Of a stretch of 64,000 nt of DNA, positions 1-14,786 are shown piece after piece. The stretch is from Octopus vulgaris. Lineage: Eukaryota. The stretch spans positions 70,432,001 through 70,496,000 of the forward strand of contig OX597821.1 in NCBI GenBank assembly GCA_951406725.2, written 5' to 3'. Position numbers and translations under genes: made by a program. The notes below the pieces were generated by a model that worked only from the letters and a program-made list of their open reading frames with translations, was not told where the DNA came from and searched no databases. The number at the start of each line of letters is the position of its first letter. Within the stretch, counting starts at the first letter, position 1.

Positions 1-627
1 ATGATGGTATTTTGCCAACTGACCGCTTTATAAGTAATGTATTTTACTAATTTGAAATAACATCACAGCATCTTAACAGTTGTTATGTTATTTTAGTTGA
101 AACTCAGCAATCCAGCTGTGACATTTCTCATATTTTTCTGTGTCTCTACAACTAAATAATCAAATGTGTCCTTCCCATTTATTTAAAATTATGATGTGAT
201 TTGAGGGACATTTAGCTGCTATATCTTGAAGCTATTAGCTAAATACTATTTTATGTTGATGTTATTATACACCATTTTGTGGGTGATTTTATGGAAAATG
301 TATTTCATATGCGATGTTATGTTAGATAAGTGGTAGCACCCACCCAGTATTTTGCCATATTTGTTATAAGAGTGGATGCATCTAATGAAGAAAGAAAATA
401 GAATCTAATTGAATAAATCAAATAGATGGGAAGAACATTGGTTCAATAGTTGATGATATTTTAATCATTTCAGCAAGTGGGAGACAACTCAAGACATATT
501 TCTATCATATTGGATTTATTCAGTGAAGCATAAACTTCCCTGGACATGCTGAAGCAGTGCTTAGAGAATCTCAAAATAAAATGAATGTAGAATAACCTAA
601 CTAGGCATAGAAAATGAGTGTATATAC

Positions 628-831
628 TCTTTTACTTGTTTCAGTTGTTTGACTGCGGCCATGCTGGAGCACCACCATTAGTCGAACAAATCGCCCCCAG
701 GACTTATTCTTTGTAAGCCAAGCACCTATTCTATCGGTCTCTTGTGCCAAACTGCTAAGTTACAGGGATATAAACACACCAACATCGGTTGTCAAGCGAT
801 GGTAGGGGGACAGACATATACGCACAAACAT

Positions 832-920
<89 letters not shown>

Positions 921-1080
921 CATATACAATAAGCTTCTTTCAGTTTCCATCTACCAAATTTTCTCACAAGTCTTTGGTTGGCCCTAGGCTATAGTAGAAA
1001 CACCTGCCCATGGTGCCATGCAGTGGGACTGAACCCATAACCATGTGGTTGGAAAGTAAGCTTCTCACCATACAGCCACT
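628..1080 (-). mobile_element. tRNA-derived SINE family A with internal (TA)n
   Basis: On the minus strand: head TGGCTGTATGGT...GGGTTCAGTCCC and tail CCAGCATGGCCGCAGTC...TGAAACAAGTAAAAG; many similar copies in the window. Confidence 0.8.
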
Positions 1081-1304
1081 ATATGGAAATATGTGGGATG
1101 GGTTACTGTTGATTTTTGTGTTTTTTTAAGATAATCTTTCTTACTGTGGGGGTCAGTAAATGATTAAATCAACCCCAGTACATAACTGCTACTTACTTTA
1201 TTGACCCCGAAAGGATGAAAGGCAGAGTTGATCTCAGCGGAATTTGAATGTTTCTACCTGCTCGCTGCCTTGCATATGACATATAATCTGAATCTACATG
1301 TAGT

Positions 1305-1376
1305 GGGATGTTTAGCTTAGTGGTAGAATACTCAGCTTATCTCTGAGAGGTATGGGTTCAATTCCCATCGCTGCCT
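1305..1376 (+). pseudogene. tRNA-like sequence (SINE head or tRNA pseudogene)
   Basis: A box TAGCTTAGTGGTAGA and B box GGTTCAATTCCC; acceptor and anticodon stems pair poorly. Confidence 0.4.
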
Positions 1377-1693
1377 GCTGATAACATTTCATAGGCACAG
1401 ATGTGACTGTGTTGTATGTGTGGCACCTTAGGCAAGTTTCTTCTGCTATAGCCTCAAACTGACCAAAGCCTTGTGAGTGGATTTGGTAGACGGAAACTGA
1501 AAGAAGCCTGTCGTATATATGTCATCATTTAATGTCCATTGTCCATGCTGGCATGTGTTGGACGGTTTGACTGGGCTGGCATGCCAGGATCCAATCTGAT
1601 TTGGAATGGTTTTCTATGGCTGGATGCTCTTTCTAACGCCAAGAGCGTAATTGGTGGTTTTACATACCAGCGGCACAGGTGCCATAGCCATAG

Positions 1694-2066
1694 TAGTGGC
1701 TGTGTGGTAAGAAGCTTGCTTCCCAACAACATACTTCTGGGTTCGGTCCCACTGCGTGGCACATTGGGCAAGTGTCTTCTACTATAGCCTCAGGCTGACC
1801 AAAGCCTTCTGAGTGGATTTGGTAGACGGAAACTGAAAGAAGCCCATTGCATATATGTGTGTGTGTGTGTATGTCTGTTTGTCCCCCACACCATTGCTTG
1901 ACCGCTGATGTTAGTGTGTTTTCAACCCCATAACTTAGCAGCTCGACAAAAGATACTGATAGAATAAGTACTAGGCTTATAAACAATAAGTCCAGGGGTC
2001 TATTTGTTTGACTAAAGGTGGTGCTCCAGCATGGCTGCATTCAAATGACTAAAAGAAGTAAAAGAG
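1694..2066 (+). mobile_element. SINE family A
   Basis: Full head, body and tail similar to the other copies. Confidence 0.8.
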
Positions 2067-2699
2067 TGAATGTAATGAGAAGCAAGTTAAGTCGATTTAC
2101 ATCATCATCATCATCATCATTTAATGTCTGCTTTCCATGCTAGCATGGGTTGGACAATTTGACTGAGGTCTAACGAACCAGATGGCTGCACCAGACTCCA
2201 ATCTGATCTGGCTGAGTTTCTACAGCTGGATGCCCTTCCTAATGCCAACCACTCCATAAGTGTAGTGGGTGCTTTTATGTACCAGTGGCACAAGTGCCAG
2301 TCCGGCGGTACTGGCAATGGCCACACCTAAATGGTGCTTTTTATGTGCCACCTGCACAGGAGCGAGTCCAGCGGCACTGGCAATGACCTTGCTCAAATGT
2401 TTTTTCATGTGTCACCAGTACAAGTGCTAGTAAGATGACACAAGTAATGATCACGCTCGAATGGTGTTTTTAATGTGCCCTCGGCATGGAGACCAGCTTG
2501 TTGCTCTGGCAACGATTTCACTCCTATGTTACTCTTAGCGCTCCACTTGCATGGATGCCAGTTATTGAATTTGATTTCGATTTCACTTGCCTCAACAGGT
2601 CTTCACACGCAGAGTTTAGTGTCCAATACTCATAAGTGGACTGGTTACACCCCTGGCATAGGCCACAAGGTTATGGTCTCACTTGCGCTTGCTGGGTCT

Positions 2700-3140
2700 T
2701 CTGAAGCACAGCATATCTCTAAAGGTCTCGGTAAGGCATGATCTTCAAAGATCGCGCTTCACCACCTCATCCCAGGTCTTCCTGGATTTACCTCTTCCAC
2801 AGGTTCCCTCAACTGCTAGGGTGTGACATTTTTCACACAGCTGTCCTCATTCATTCACAACACATGACAAAACCAGTGCAGTTGTCTCTCTTGCACACTA
2901 CATCTGATGCTTCTTGAATTCAACTTTTCCTTCAGGATGCTTACACTTGGTCATGTATGCACACTGACTTAACACATCCAGCAGATCATACTGGCTTCAT
3001 TACTTGCAAGCTTACACATGTCCTCAGCAGTCAGAGCCCATGTTTCACTGCCATGTAGCATGGCTGTTCATACACATGCATCATACAGTCTACCTTTTAC
3101 TCTGAGCGAGAGGCCCTTTGTCACCAGCAGAGGTAGGAGA
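2700..3140 (-). mobile_element. RTE-clade LINE 3' fragment
   Basis: Minus strand encodes LLPLLVTKGLSLRVKGRLYDACV..AMLHGSETWA, the same family as 8590-10130. Confidence 0.75.
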
Positions 3141-5169
3141 TGTGACAAAGCACAGAAAGTATTTTCTCAGAGTGGTTATCATAGGTCAAATGGAAATTTT
3201 CATTAATATGATATTTGGGGTCTGGATAATACTCATGCAACAAGTTCTCCAAAAGCTGTTTAGTCCTTTACTTACCATTTTTTTCTATTGAAATATGCTT
3301 TGTTTCAATTGATTTTGAAAATGATAAAGAATTTAGTCAAATAATTTTGTCATTATTAAACTGTTGTTTGGAACAAAATGTATCAGGAAATTTTGATAAA
3401 AGGTTTCAAGTTAGATAATTTTAGAACAAAAAAGATTGTATCATAGGACCAGAGATTCCCAGGTGAGTTTGTATCAAAATGGTTAGAATATAATAAATGA
3501 GTTACAAGAACTGACATTTTGGTTGCATTGGTTATAATACATTAAACTGGTTGAAATATTTTAATATCACTTCATTGTGGTGGTTTATGACATATTTGTT
3601 GAATTACTTTACTGTATTTTATCAGGTTTAGGATTTTATGCTAGGTTAGACATAAAATTCTAACAGTTCACTAGAATATGTCAGATGTGTAACCAGAATG
3701 TAACAGGAGATTTTAGTCTGGCTGTGACATGGTTGATGAGTCACAAGTACTGACTTTATTGATTATGATACTGATAATGGTAATAATGTGCAGTAATGGC
3801 AATAATGGTAATAATGCATATTTAGTTAGAGTGGTTACAGTGCTTAGTATTTTGTTAGGATGGCTATAGGATAATGACTAAATGAAATTACACTTTGTGA
3901 TTGTGATTGGGGCAGGTGTGACTATAGGGTTAAGAAGCTTACTTCTCAAATATGTGGTCACTGGTTCAATTTTTTGTGTCAGGTCACTCTTGTAACATGT
4001 AGGCCAGTACAACCTGTCACATAGTCGGGTCATTGGCAACCCCATCAAGCTTGCTTGTTGAGGAGGGGGTTTGTTGGACACACTGAGGGACAAAAAATAA
4101 AACCTGTCAAAGGGCAAAAGAACTACTGTGTAGTCAACGGCCAATTTCAACAAGTACCTTGCCGTGGTGAATTGCCTGTGTGCTCCATTGACCAGGAGAA
4201 CTGTGCTGGAGGGAGAGCAATCTTCAGGTAGGTCTTACCAGGCCAGGTAAGAGACAGACAAAACCTTAATGACAATAAATCAAAGCGTTGGCAGCAGGGC
4301 ATGGATTTAGTTATTGGCAGGACGTAACAGATCAGATTCCTGGCTTTGAACTAGCAGGATGTCATGCAGAGGATCTTGAATACAAGACAATGGATGAGAC
4401 CCTAATATTCCTAGTTAGATGCAAACTGCAGCACCACATGGAGCAGTACACTGTGTCTCCTATAGTATGTGCAACCGAAGCCCCTATGAATAGGGGCATC
4501 CTATGGGACAGCCTAGATAGAGATTTTTACACAGCCACAGGCTGACCAAAGCCTTGTGAGTGGATTTGGTAGGTGGAAACTGAAAGAAGCCTGTTTTACA
4601 TGCATATATACATTATACGCTTACAAAAAGAATGATGACATTGATTTTGATGTTTCAGATGGTGCTAGCCGTCATTGACTAGTCCAGTGAAAGAGAGCCA
4701 TGCAAAAGCTTCCAAGTCACTGTCACTCTTCCGCTTGGACATGTTTGATAAATATAGACTGAGTGCAAAGTATTTACTAACTCTTCGGTTCAATGTTAAA
4801 TTGTTTTTATAACTTGATATAAAAGTGCACCCACACACATACACACACACACATCCAGAACCACGCTAATAGCTTAGGAGTGAAATTTGGGATTTCTTGG
4901 TTTTCTGTGAATCAGTTTTGATAAAACGTTTCCCAGCTGGTATTCACCCCATGGCAACACTATTGTTATGTTTTCATTATTCTGTATAACGGCCCTTCTT
5001 TTTTATTTAAGATTCTTCACTTTTTGGCTGAACAATGCCAATAGCTTTTCAATGAAAATAGCCCATCTAGACATTGTTTTTTTTCCAGAAAATGAAGGGT
5101 AATGATACATATTAAGCATACATTGAGTCTATATTTAACAGAAAACCATAATAATATTCATGGGAGCAT

Positions 5170-6050
5170 TCGAAAGTAACACTAAAGGAATCTACATCAG
5201 AATTAGAACCCTGTGGAAATATGTTCAACGTCAGGAGACGACACTAAGATATTTGAGTCTTTTGTTAGGGAACTGTTCGATGCAGGTGATTGTGGTTTCA
5301 CAACTCACACAGAATTGGATCTGAAGGATATGATGAGAGTGTTTAATGCATCATGCAAAGCTTTTTGGAAATGAATTGGAAGAAAACCGAAGTTAAGTTA
5401 CCAGTTGCACTGGAAGAGTATAAATGATATGAAAGATATAAGAAGGAGATAAAGATTTAAAGGTGGGGAAGTCTTTTAATTATCTGGGAAGGATTCGGTC
5501 AGATGATGTGAATTTGAAGAAGGAGATCTTTTACAGAATGAAGGCTTCGACAACTTTTGGAAATCTGGAAAGCAGTCTTTGTGCTCACAGCTTTATTGTG
5601 TGGCTGTGAAACTTGGATGATCTACAAACACCAAGTAAAGATGCTCAAACAGTTTCAAGTACGCTTGCTTGAGATATATACTCAATGTGAACTGGACCAC
5701 ATACCCTGGACAACGAAATTCTAGAATAAAACTCAAATGAGCGGCATTAAAGCTGTTATCATTCAGTGTGCTTTAAGGTGGAGTGGACATCTTGTCTGAA
5801 TGAGTAATACTAGAATTGTAAAGAATCTGTTTTCTGGGGAATTGAAATATGGAAAGCGGAAAGCTTCACTATCCAAACAGTAATTTTATTATAAGATGAA
5901 TGTCAAGAAATGTGCTATTTCTCTTGAGAACAGGGAAGAATGATCTACTGATAGAGCAAAGTGGAGAAAAAAATCTTTGAGGGTTTAGCAAAGATTTCAA
6001 CAAATTTCATACAAAAGAGCAATTTGGAAGAGGAAGCAAACAGAATCATC
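5170..6050 (+). mobile_element. Decayed RTE/BovB-type LINE RT C-terminal region
   Basis: Remnants such as FNYLGR, LLCGCETWMIY, LRWSGHLV.MSNTRIVKNLFSGELKYGKR, with stops and frameshifts. Confidence 0.65.
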
Positions 6051-6640
6051 AAAAGCTGCAGACAAAAGTAGTTAATGTGAAATATGTGGAAGAATTTGTC
6101 TTTCTTTTGCTGGTTCCAAGAGCCACTGGAGAGAATATGATGCTTTGGAGCAGCTTCAGTATCTCTGAAAAGTTGGTTTGAAGTAGAACATATGTGGCAA
6201 AGTGAGGAATTCGAAGGCTGGCTTGAAGAAATATTAATGAAGTTTTATGCAAGGAACAAGGCACATAAAGAAATTCCAAGTTGTAATATTCGATGGCATG
6301 TTGAGAATTAATAATATATATATATATAGCAGTTCGGCAAAAGAGACCGATAGAATAAGTACTGGGCTTACAAAGAATAAATCCCGGGGTTGAGTTGCTC
6401 GATTAAAGGCGGTGCTCCAACATGGCCGCAGTCAAATGACTGAAACAAGTGAAAGAGAAAGAGAGATATATTGTTCAAAGAAATTCCAACTCTGTCTGTT
6501 TTTTATGTTTTATTTATATTCTTTATAATATTAATGTAGAATATAGAATATATAGTATAAATAATATATATATAGTAAAATGAAATGAAATATTGATTGT
6601 CTTATTGAATAGATGAAATATTGAATATAAAATATATTAA

Positions 6641-6684
6641 GGGACTAGTATACTTTCTTGCATTATAGCAGTCTTCAAGGTCCC
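6641..6684 (-). ncRNA. Degenerate minimal type I hammerhead
   Basis: Reverse complement GGGAC-CTTGAAGA-CTGC-TATAAT-GCAA-GAAA-GTATAC-TA-GTCCC; one extra nucleotide in the core and a helix II mismatch. Confidence 0.5.
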
Positions 6685-6923
6685 AGGTTGTGACAGGAGT
6701 ATTTCAACAATATATCCCTCTATACACAATCATACAAACCCCTTTCTATATGTATATATATATATATATATACATATACGACAGTCTACCAAATCCACTC
6801 ACAAGGCATTGGTCAGCCCGGGGCTATAGTAGAAGACACTTGCCCAAGATGCCACGCAGTGGGACTGAATCTGGAACCATGTGGTTGCTTAGCAAGCTAC
6901 TTACCACACAGCCACTCCTGAGC

Positions 6924-7018
<95 letters not shown>

Positions 7019-7382
7019 AGAACAAAACCACTATTTTGCACAAACAAGGAAAGACTTAATCAATACATAAAATTGTCAAAATAAAAGCCATTTAATCCTA
7101 AATTTTCAAGTCAATTTCATTATTTGAAATTGACTTGAAAATTGAAGTCCACTGTAAATTTGGTGCGTTTTGACTTTTTATTAAAATTTTATGTATGATT
7201 AAGTCTTTCCTTGTTTGTTTTGCAATATTTTTGTCTCTATTATATATAATATTTTACTATAAAATTGGATTTAATCCTAAATCTGATTTTTCCTGTAAAT
7301 ATTTATTCCCTAATATTTATTATATATATAAATATATATATTCATATATATATATATATATATACACATATGTATATATATA

Positions 7383-7439
<57 letters not shown>

Positions 7440-8589
7440 GTATGCATATATATATATGTATGTGCGTATGTTTGTGTGCTCCGTAGTTCAGATGTCATGT
7501 GATGGCTATAAACAAGCATCATCATTAGAAAAGCAATGATGTTCATTTGGAGTTTTTCATGAAAAACATGTCTGGCCAGGACTAAATATTACTTTGCTCG
7601 GGAACAGATGAGGGTCACTGATAGAAAAGGCATCCAAACATAGAAAATCAGCCTCACTAAACTTCTTCACAGAACATTGAACATTTAATCTTCATGATGA
7701 CACCAAAGTTATCTTGTCAGTTCTATTATAGTTTGTTAAATTAACTAAATTCCATTAATAGTGATTATTGTTGCTTAGCTCTTAGCTAAGAGACACTCCA
7801 CTCATGACCACCCTCTGCATTTTTTTTTTGTATATCAGGGGTAACATTTTCTCATATATCCTTTTTTTTTTATTTAAGACAACTGGGTGTGATTTGAGAG
7901 AGATTTCTTTGCTATTTCTATGAGATCAAAATGTCACATAAATAATTTCTATTCTTGCTTTTGACATGGTAGTTATGATAAGCAAGATGGAGTACAGAAG
8001 ACTTTCTGTTCCTCTGGATAGTTAATACAAGGGAGATAATCATTCCTTTATAGTATTTGGTGGGATTGGCAATATTTCTGTCAAGTGGTCATAATATTTT
8101 TGATTGGCCAAACTACAGGAGGATTAATTAGCAAAGTGAACACTAATACATTTAACGTACTAAACCAAGAAATGCTAGTTGTTAGCTTTTACTAGTTTCA
8201 GTCATTTGACTGTGGCAATGCTGGAGCACTACCTAGAAAGGCTTCATCAAACAAATCAAGCCCAAGTCTTATTTTTAAGCCCGATACCTATTCTATCAGT
8301 CTCTGTTGCTCAGCCACTAAGTCATGAGGGACATAAACAACAAATCAACATCAGTTGTCAAGAATTGGTGCTGGACAAATAGAAACATGAAGACACACAC
8401 ACATGCACACACGCATGTACACACATACACACAAATACATGCACACACACACATATTCAAACATAATTAAAGGATAAAAATCATTAAAAAATTTATCAGT
8501 TGGTCATATATAAAATAGACTTATTTAGGTGAATTCACATATAGAGGTTTATATGAGTATAAAATACAATTTCTAATTAAGAGGAGAGA

Positions 8590-10130
8590 GACTTCAGCAA
8601 TGTGAGGACCAAAGAACTGAAGTATTACAGATTGCAAGAGAGTGTGTGAGAGAAAACCATGATGTCATAGGAGAGCAATGTGTCTGCATGGATGATGGTG
8701 ACCTTCCATTCAATGATTCTCTAAAGAAAGAGTCTTGGAGATGCCACTATGAAAGACTGCTGAATGTGGAGAATGAATGGGTGGAGGAGTCTGCCAATTG
8801 TCGACCGAATTCAGGGACCAGCTACCCAAATCAACAGTACACTGGTAGATAAAGCAATTAAGGATATGAAGACAGGGAAAGTACCTGGCCCATCAGGAAT
8901 CACTGCTGAGATGCTTGAAATATCAGGCAGTGTGGGCTATTGTCTTGTCATCCACATCGTAATTTATGAAGGAGTCATACAAAATGACTGATGTAGCAGC
9001 ACCATAGTCAACTGCTACAAAGGTAAAGGTGATGCTTTAGATAGAAATAAATACAGGGATATCAAATTATTGGATCAGGTGAAGAAAGTTACAGAGAGGG
9101 TCATAGCCCAACTAATTAAGGAGAGAGTTAGCTTAGATGAGATACAGGTAGAAACACCACTGATGCTATATTTCTGGTAAGGCAACTGCAGGAGAAATAT
9201 CTAGCCAAAGATAAACCTCTGTACTTGGCTTTTGTTGACATGGAGAAAGCTTTGACAGGGTCCCCCAATCCCTTATCTGGTGGTCAATGCAGAAACTGGA
9301 GATAGATGAGTGGTTGGTAAGGGACAGGGATACTGTCAGTGAGATTTGGCAACGAGTATAGGGAAGAATTCTGGCTAGAATTAGGGGATCACCAAGGGTC
9401 AGTCCTTAGGCCTCTCTTATTCATAATAGTCCTCCAGGCAATAACAGAGGAATTCCAGACAAGCTCCCCCTGGGAGCTCCTCTATGCTGATGACCTTGCT
9501 CTAACAGCCAAGCCACTACCAGAACTAAAGATGATGTTAAGGGTGTGGAAGCAAGGTCTAGAATCAAAGGGTCTTAGGGTTAACCAAGCAAAAACCAAAG
9601 TTTTATTAAGTAGGAAGGCTGACAAATCACAAATTCCTTCAGGTAGATGGCCCTTCTCGATCTGTGGAAAAGGCATGAGTAAAAACTCCATACAATATAC
9701 CCAGTGTAAGCTATGGACACATAAAAGTGCAGAAGGTTAACTGAGAAAATAGTTTTTGTGTGTGGAAGATGCTCAGAAGCAATAAACAATGAAGATGTAC
9801 AGAAAACAGATTCCATCACATGAGAGGGGGAAAAAACTAGAAGCAGTTGATAGCTTCTGCTACCTAGGCAACCAGGTCTGTAATAGGGGTGGCTGCTCTG
9901 AGAGTGTAGTGGCAGGAGTAAGAATAGTCTGGGCAAAGTTCAGGGGGCTCCTACCTCTGCTGGTATCTAAGGGCCTCTCACTCAGGATGAAAGATAGACT
10001 GTATGATACCTGTATGTGAACAGCCATGTTACATGGCAGTGAAACATGGGGACTGTAACTGCTGAGGACCTGCATAGGCTTGAAAGAAATGAAGCTGGTA
10101 TGATCCGCTGATTGTGTAATGTCAGATGGA
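8590..10130 (+). mobile_element. RTE-clade LINE reverse transcriptase, pseudogenised
   Basis: MKTGKVPGPSGITAEML, LAFVDMEKA, HQGSVLRPLLF, WELLYADDL, FCYLG; multiple frameshifts and stops. Confidence 0.88.
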
Positions 10131-11198
10131 ATTTGTTGAGGCAGCTATTTTGCATTTGGATGCTTTTTTCCTGACCAATGGTCACCTGTTTCCAGGTGAG
10201 GTAATATTTTCCCATAACTAGACCATATGATTTCTATAGAAGACTGGAAATAAAGAACCCCTCTTGCCCAAAGTGAGATTGAACCTATGATCACATAATT
10301 GGGAAGCAGACTTCTTAACCACACAGCTATGCCTCTATCTATATTAATTAGTATTATGCAAATTAAGTCTTTCAATAATTACAATCTGAAACTCAAATTT
10401 TGTCAACAAATGTCTTCCAGTATGGATGACCATCCATAGCAAATTTTTCTAACATTATCCCAGTGTCTGAACCAGTTACTCAATGTACATAAAAAGGGCT
10501 ATTTTCTTGATTTTTTGGCATGACAAGTCCTCCATAGTAACAACAGTTACTATTCTACCATTACTACTCAGTGATTAATAAATCTTAATCTTCTTGGTTG
10601 ACATATTGCAGGTATGGAAGGCTAGACTGCCATAATGTTCAACATTTCAGTTAAAGTTCCCTCTATGATGTGTTGGGTGTTGCTCACACTGACTGTTCGG
10701 CCACACTTTGTTAGTGTCCATTCATCGGTATCCTTTGAAAAGAGACAAACTGAAAGAAGTGAAAAGCAAACTCAGCAAAGAATATTAGTGTGTGTATAGC
10801 TGAAGCTTGGTCAGCATATATTCAAAATGAGAGCAATTTGGTAATCAAATATAATCTGGTGGTGTTAGCTTGTTACTAAATAACATAATAAGTGTTCTGA
10901 TCCTTCATTTACCTTTGAACATAAACAAATGTTCCTCTACATGAATGTTAATCTCTACCAAACATTTCATCATCTCCAAATAATGAAATATAATCTTTAA
11001 TTAAACACTTTGTAATTTAGTTTTTTAATTGTAAATATTTTAAACCCAATCTTCCTTTAACGTTTTTAATTATGCTTTTCTAACGATTCTAAAGAGTTTT
11101 ATGTTTTGAACATCAGAGACAGCGTATTGTAGAAAGAAAGTGATATGTTACATAACATAATGGTACCTGGATCCCATAATATTTGAACAGTTCCTTCT

Positions 11199-11410
11199 AA
11201 GGTGGTGAGCTGGCAGAATCGTTAGCATGCCAGGCAAAATGCTTAGTGGCATTTCGTTTCTCTTGATATACTGGGTTCAAATTCTGCTGAGATCAACTTT
11301 GCTTTTCATCCTTTCGGAGTTGATAAATTAAGTATCAGTTGTGTTCTCGGATTAATCTAATTGACTGGCTCCTCCACCAAAATTTCGAGCCTTGTGCCTA
11401 GAATAGGAAA
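11199..11410 (+). mobile_element. SINE family B
   Basis: GGTGAGCTGGCAGAATCGTTAGC...GTTCAAATT...TTTCATCCTTTCGG, homologous to 38459-38860. Confidence 0.7.
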
Positions 11411-11979
11411 AGAATATTGAATAGTACCTTGATTACCCCCTCATACAATGGCATACAAATGGTATCCAGACCTCTCCCCATTACTATCAAGTGGTACCCA
11501 GAGCACATAGTATTCCATTGGCACCTGGATAAATTACTCCAAGAAATAACAGACAAATCAATACCTTGATACACCCGAGCAAACAACAACTCCCAACCTG
11601 AGTGGTTTATGATGTCCTAAAATATGATTTAAAAGGCTACCCCCAGCAAATGCTGGTCTGGGCCAATAATGGCCAAAACTTATGTTTATCTGAGTTGAAA
11701 CTTATGATTTCAGCAGATATGTAATAATTTATTGAATTCCTTAGAACCATAGTGGCAGAATAGTGTAAGCTTATTGCAGGCAGAAAAACAAAGAATTGTT
11801 AAGTTGGCATAATAAGTTTTTCTAATTTTTTTGGTAATTATGAAACAACCTCTGAACTTGGAGATAATTCTAATAAATCCAAAATTCATGTTGTATGGTA
11901 TTTGATAGATCTGTATTTGTTTATGTTGTTCAATTACTTCTTGCCACTGACCGGTCAGAGTTATTTCGTGCATTTTTCA

Positions 11980-12310
11980 TCTTTTACTTGTTTTGGTCAT
12001 TAGACTGAGGCCACACTGGAGCACTGCTCTGAAGAATTTTTAGTTGAATGAATCAACCCTAGTACTTTTCTTTTTTTGCTTTTAGAGCCAGGTACATATT
12101 CTATCAGTCTCCTTAGCTGAACTGCTAGGTTATGGGGACATAAACAAATCAACAATGGTTTCCAAGCAGTGGTGGTGGTCGGGGGGGGGAGTCAAACACA
12201 CACTCAAGGGCACATACACACACACACATACGGTAGGCTTCTTTCAGTTTCCACCTACCAAATCCATTCACAAGGCCCAAGGTGCTATGCAGTGGGACTG
12301 AACCTGGCAC
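11980..12310 (-). mobile_element. SINE family A (diverged)
   Basis: Similar to 628-1080. Confidence 0.7.
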
Positions 12311-12766
12311 CATTTAGCTCATTTTTGTTTAAATCGTGCAAATTATTTTGGTCATAGATAGGTTCTACTCTTTTTTTGCTTAAGTTCTTTCATAAACTTG
12401 AGATACAAATGGACAACTGATATGGCAGCCATTGAGCTACATTCACATCACCTCAACTGTCTTCTCTCTAGACAATAACGGTGACCTTTTTCTTAATAGC
12501 ATTTCAACTTTGGAGAATTCAAATCATAAGATCATCTTCTCTCCTCATTTGGTACTGTTCTTAATTAAGATTTGGTAATTATGACACATCCTCAAAAGGC
12601 AGAGATTATTTCATTAAACCAAGAATTTATATTGTATGGTATTTGATATATCTGTATTTGTCTATGTACCAAATACCAAACTCATTCTCCAATCTTTCCT
12701 GTTTTTAAATAATTAAAAATTCTGTGATTGTCACCCTTGCCTTAATAAAATTTTCAATAATTTCTT

Positions 12767-12990
12767 TAACTCTTTTGATACCAACCAAGCTGAAACCACC
12801 TCTGGCTCTGTAGTACAAATGACTTGTTTTCATAAGTTTTGAATTAAAATCTTCCACCAAACCTTAGTCACAATTTATGTTCTCTAACACTAGCTGAATG
12901 ATGACTAAGTTATTTTACTAAATTCTTTGCTGTATTTAAAATTATTCAAAAGAAACGCTGAGCAACAGAAATATGATGACAAAAGGGTTC
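12767..12990. mobile_element. Non-autonomous piggyBac-like MITE; related inverted copy at ~3265-3485
   Basis: Ends TTAA-CTCTTTTG...CAAAAGGG-TTCA resemble TTAA|CCCTTT termini; internal similarity to the 3265-3485 reverse complement. Confidence 0.45.
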
Positions 12991-13242
12991 ATGTGTGAAA
13001 ATAACCTCCAAAATATACGGTCATCCGTGGCAACAACAGATTCTATTAACCGTATTCCATTGTCTCATCACTGCTGGCTGTTTGCTTAAGAAGCTTCCTT
13101 TGAAATCATGTGGTATTGAGTTCAGTCCCACCGTGGCGTCTCTTGTACAAGGGTCTTCTTGTGAATCCTTGAGTCAATCAATGCCTTGTAAGGGAATTTG
13201 GTAGATGGGACCTTTTTGGAAGCCCATTGTATATATATTATG

Positions 13243-13327
<85 letters not shown>

Positions 13328-14653
13328 GTTCTAGTTAGTACATATATATATTTATACATACAGTTATTTTATAATTTTATAATTTTATTTTCACTTTTCT
13401 GTTTGTAACGATGGAATGATTTTTGTAAATGGTCTACATTTGTATAATTTTGGATGATATTTAAAAGACAAACGGAAGCAAAAACACCACGAGATAGAAG
13501 TAAAGCAACATCTTATTCAAACTGAAACTTCTAACTCAAGTCTGAGCATTTTTCTTTGAATTCCCACCTGAGATAAATATTATTTTATACTCTAGTCTTG
13601 ACATCTTGTGTAAGCTAAAGTAAGATATTTTTTAAACTCTTTACTTTCGGACCATGCAACACATTAACCTTTCCATTGGTCGCTTATGTAATAATATACA
13701 CATCATTTTAATTTCTCTTTCGAAAGGAAATTTTCCAATAACATTATTAAACATTAGTGATTGTCTGAAGAGACATAACTCTAGATTAATATTTTGCTGA
13801 ATCAAGAGGCAATGGAAGTAGATTTTTATCTCCAGGATTGCCCATAGCGTTTAACAGAGGTAAAAACTGATTAGCATTTTTTGCAGGAATATTATGGTCA
13901 GTGCTCCCTGACTAACTCCCATGCCAGTGGCACGTAAAACACATCATCTGAACATGGCTGATGCCAGTACCTCCTGACTGGCCCCTGTGCCAGCATAGTT
14001 AAATGGACAGTAAAATGAGGATGGTGGTGGTGATGCAATTTAACTAGTTAAACTGATATGATAGAAGACTATCCCAAAAGATGCTTAGGTGACATTCCTG
14101 GAGGTTTTGTCAACTCTGGATCCTGAGCTGAAAGAATGGGACTCTACCAACTGGAATGTTCTTGCTTAATACTTGTGACAATATTCAAATCACAATGAGT
14201 GGCAACATTCATTTCTAAAACTATGCTTCCAGATGGTTGTCTCTCTTTCAGACAGAGGAGGGAACACTGTGTGAGTGAAGTGTGTTCCATTACTTTTGAT
14301 AATTTAGATAATTAACTAATTATTCATAGCATAAATAATTAGTTAATTTTTATAACTAATAATTATTAGTAGTATTTTAAAAAGATAGACTTATGATTTA
14401 TAAAACAAATATTTAGTTATTAACTAATGAACACAGAATTATTTGAAAAATTTAAAGAAGTATGTATTATAATCTTCACCAAGATGTTGAAAACACAAGC
14501 TTTTATCCCTAGCATGTGTGTGTATGTATGTGTATGTATGTAATGTATGTATGTATGCATGTATGTATGTATGTATGTATGTATGTATGTATGTATGTAT
14601 GTGTAGATTGTTGAAAGTGGCATACAGATTTTATATATTAAAGAAAAAGAGGT

Positions 14654-14786
14654 AGTCAGAATTTTGGATGATTCTTTATTAGTACTTTATCTCATTTATC
14701 GAGATTCCTCAGATCTAAGTCTTATCTGAGGAGTCTCGATGAATGTGATGTAAGCACGGCTAAAGAATTATTCAAAATTCTGACTA
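14654..14786. repeat. Imperfect ~130-bp palindrome
   Basis: AGTCAGAATTTTGGATGATTCTTT...TCGAGATTCCTCAGAT / ATCTGAGGAGTCTCGA...AAAGAATTATTCAAAATTCTGACT. Confidence 0.7.

Noticed and set aside
4659-4682. Possible terminal exon after a tttcag acceptor
   Set aside because: All frames stop within 8 codons and no partner exon is identifiable
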